A stretch of 64,000 bases of DNA, from positions 31,300 to 95,299 of the forward strand of contig JADJHE010000008.1 in assembly GCA_016707685.1 (NCBI GenBank), given 5' to 3'. Shown piece after piece: positions 61,975-64,000 of this stretch; within the stretch, counting starts at the first letter, position 1, and each line of letters starts with the position of its first letter. Source of the stretch: Bacteroidota bacterium. GTDB taxonomy: Bacteria > Bacteroidota > Bacteroidia > 2-12-FULL-35-15. The notes beneath the pieces are model-generated. The model was not told the origin of the DNA. It saw only the letters and a program-made list of their open reading frames with translations, and did no database searches. Both the position numbers and the translations under genes were made by a program.

Positions 61975-64000
61975 CTTGAAGCAAATTAGTAAAATAATAT
62001 CCCTTTTTCTTTTATTCACAAACATTTTTTTTGTGAATGCACAAACATTCGACTTTCGTAATTTCAATGTAGAAGATGGTTTGGCGCAGTCGCAAGTTTT
62101 GTCGATGTGCCAAGATCGTCATGGGAACATCTGGTTTGGAACAAATAGTGGAGGTGTAAGTAAGTATGATGGAAACAAGTTCACAAATTATACTGAAAAC
62201 GATAGCCTTGTAAACAACGTTGTTTTTTCAATTGCCGAAATAAAAAATGGAAATATTCTTTTTGGTACCAATGGTGGCTTAAGTGTATTCAATGGGAAAA
62301 CATTTAAAAATTATACCGACAAAACAGGCTTGCCACATAGTCGCGTATTTAAAATAATGCAAGATAACAATGGTACAGTTTGGCTGGGGACAAGCAAAGG
62401 TGTTTGCAATTATATAAATGGCAAAATAGTCCCGTTTACAATGGATACACTCTTATCCAAATCAAACATTTTTACTATTTATTGTGACCAATCAAATAAC
62501 ATTTGGTTTGGAACCATTGAAAATGGATTGATTAAATACAATGCAACTACTAAGCGTTTTTCTTATTTCACAAAAGAAACAGGATTGAGAAATAATTTTG
62601 TTCGTTCAATAGGTGAAGATATTCAAGGGAACATATATGTGGGAACTGTTTCTGGTATAAATAAAATAAATGGACCTGGCGTGGTTCAAAAAGTAAATAT
62701 TCCAGGAGAAGAAAATGTGGCATTCACTTCTATTATTTCCGATAACAAAAACAATTTATGGTTTGCTACGAACGAAGGAATTTATAAATACAATGGTGTT
62801 GCACATCGTAAGTACAAGGATAAAAATGGCTTGGCAAGCAATAATTTATTGTGTGGTTTTAAAGACAGAGAAGGCAACTTTTGGTTTGGAACAGATGGCT
62901 TTGGCGTGTCAAAGTTTAGTTCTGAGGCATTTACATCCTACAGCGTAAAAGACAGCTTGCCCGGTGATTACATTTCAACAATCTTTCAGGATAGCAAAAA
63001 GAATATATGGCTAGGCGTTAAAAATTTTGGAGTGGTTAAATTTCAGGATGGGAAGCACATCAATTATAAAATTGATGTAAAGCAATTAAAAAATTCATTG
63101 AAGGACAATCATGTTCAGGCAATTGCAGAAGACAAAAATGGAGTCATTTACTTTGGTACCAAAACAGGATTAAGTGTTTTTGATGGTGCCAATTTTAAAA
63201 ATTACAATATTAAAGATGGTGTTTCGGACGATGATAATATTTATTCAATTATTATTGATAAGCAAAATCGCATTTGGATTGGAACAGGAAATGGAGTACA
63301 TAATTTTGTAAATGACAAATTTGTTCCAGTTGAAATTATTAATAAAGTAAAAACGGATAGAGGAAATTTACCAGTTTATTCAATACTTGAAGATAGAAGT
63401 GGTAATATTTGGTTTGCTAGTGAGAATGGTGCAATCAAGTACAACGGAAAATCTGTTGAGCGTTATAATAAAGCAAATGGGTTAATTGATAAGCGTGTTA
63501 CAACAATTGTTCAAGATAAAAAAGGTCACCTTTGGTTTGGAACGGATGAAGGTGTTTTCGAATATAATTATACTTCTTTTCAGCAAATTGGTGAAAATGA
63601 AGGCTTGGCTTCCAATAAAGTGTACTTGATGTTGCTTGATGGAAACAACCTTTGGGTTGGTACTAACAAAGGCTTAGATAAAGTTGATTTGGATGTTTAT
63701 TATTCAGCAAATAAATTTGAAATTAAACATTATGGAAAAGAAGAAGGCTTAAATGGTGTAGAATGTAATTCGAACTCTACTTTTAAAGATGCAGATGGAA
63801 ATTTGTGGTTTGGTACAATCAAAGGAACTACCGTTTATAATCCACGATTTGATAAAACGAACAGGGAAGAAGCCTTAACGCGCATTACTGGTATTCGATT
63901 ATTTTTCCAAAATGCAGAAGCAGACCTCGAAAAATATGCCGAATCAATCGATAGCATTAATCACTTGCCCTATAATTTAGTTTTACCATACGATAAAAAT
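61975..64000 (+). CDS. partial beta-propeller (Reg_prop)/Y_Y_Y sensor protein, running off the window. The C-terminal output domain is unseen. There is a probable homopolymer indel (GG) at codon 3.
   Basis: NAQTFDFRNFNVEDGLAQSQVL..HGNIWFGT..GGVSKYDG and many further Reg_prop repeats. ..ITGIRLFFQNAE..LPYNLVLPYDKN matches the Y_Y_Y entry region of the paralogs. The signal peptide MKQISKIISLFLLFTNIFFVNAQ is only obtained if GG at 61980-61981 is read as G. Confidence 0.65.

Overview
This 64 kb window is a low-GC (about 35%) chromosomal segment that looks like a Bacteroidetes genome, most likely Flavobacteriia or Sphingobacteriia. The pointers are T9SS C-terminal sorting domains, Reg_prop/Y_Y_Y beta-propeller sensors, 'FAQ/SAQ' signal peptides and a four-helix-bundle gene.

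Housekeeping genes present:
- metX-OsmC-metY cluster.
- rnc-fabF-acpP.
- purN, rnhA, asnS and an ABC-F ATPase.

Two efflux loci:
- A MacAB-like system: membrane-fusion protein, FtsX permease and ABC ATPase.
- A tetR-tolC-MFP-RND operon.

Most striking feature:
- A paralogous family of at least six, and probably seven, membrane-anchored sensors carries a C-terminal PP2C/SpoIIE-type serine phosphatase where a histidine kinase would normally be.
- The periplasmic part is either a double beta-propeller plus Y_Y_Y domain or a TPR array.
- They lie in a convergent pair (4345-10873) and a tight four-gene co-directional array (23580-34283).
- No STAS or anti-sigma partner is visible.

Other features:
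- Three tandem T9SS cargo paralogs carry P-domain, CarboxypepD_reg-like and CTD regions. The middle copy is inactivated.
- A DEAD-box helicase pseudogene has a DEAD-to-DRLD change plus several frameshifts.
- An AT-rich two-methyltransferase islet is flanked by decayed genes.
- A structured tandem repeat of two units with a 160-bp period, several strong terminator hairpins and inverted GTAGACAA arrays around a four-helix-bundle gene complete the picture.

Many frameshifts sit at homopolymer runs, so sequencing or assembly indel errors are a serious alternative to true pseudogenisation for several of them.

Every functional call rests on motifs I recognise by eye in the provided translations. 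No database search was possible.
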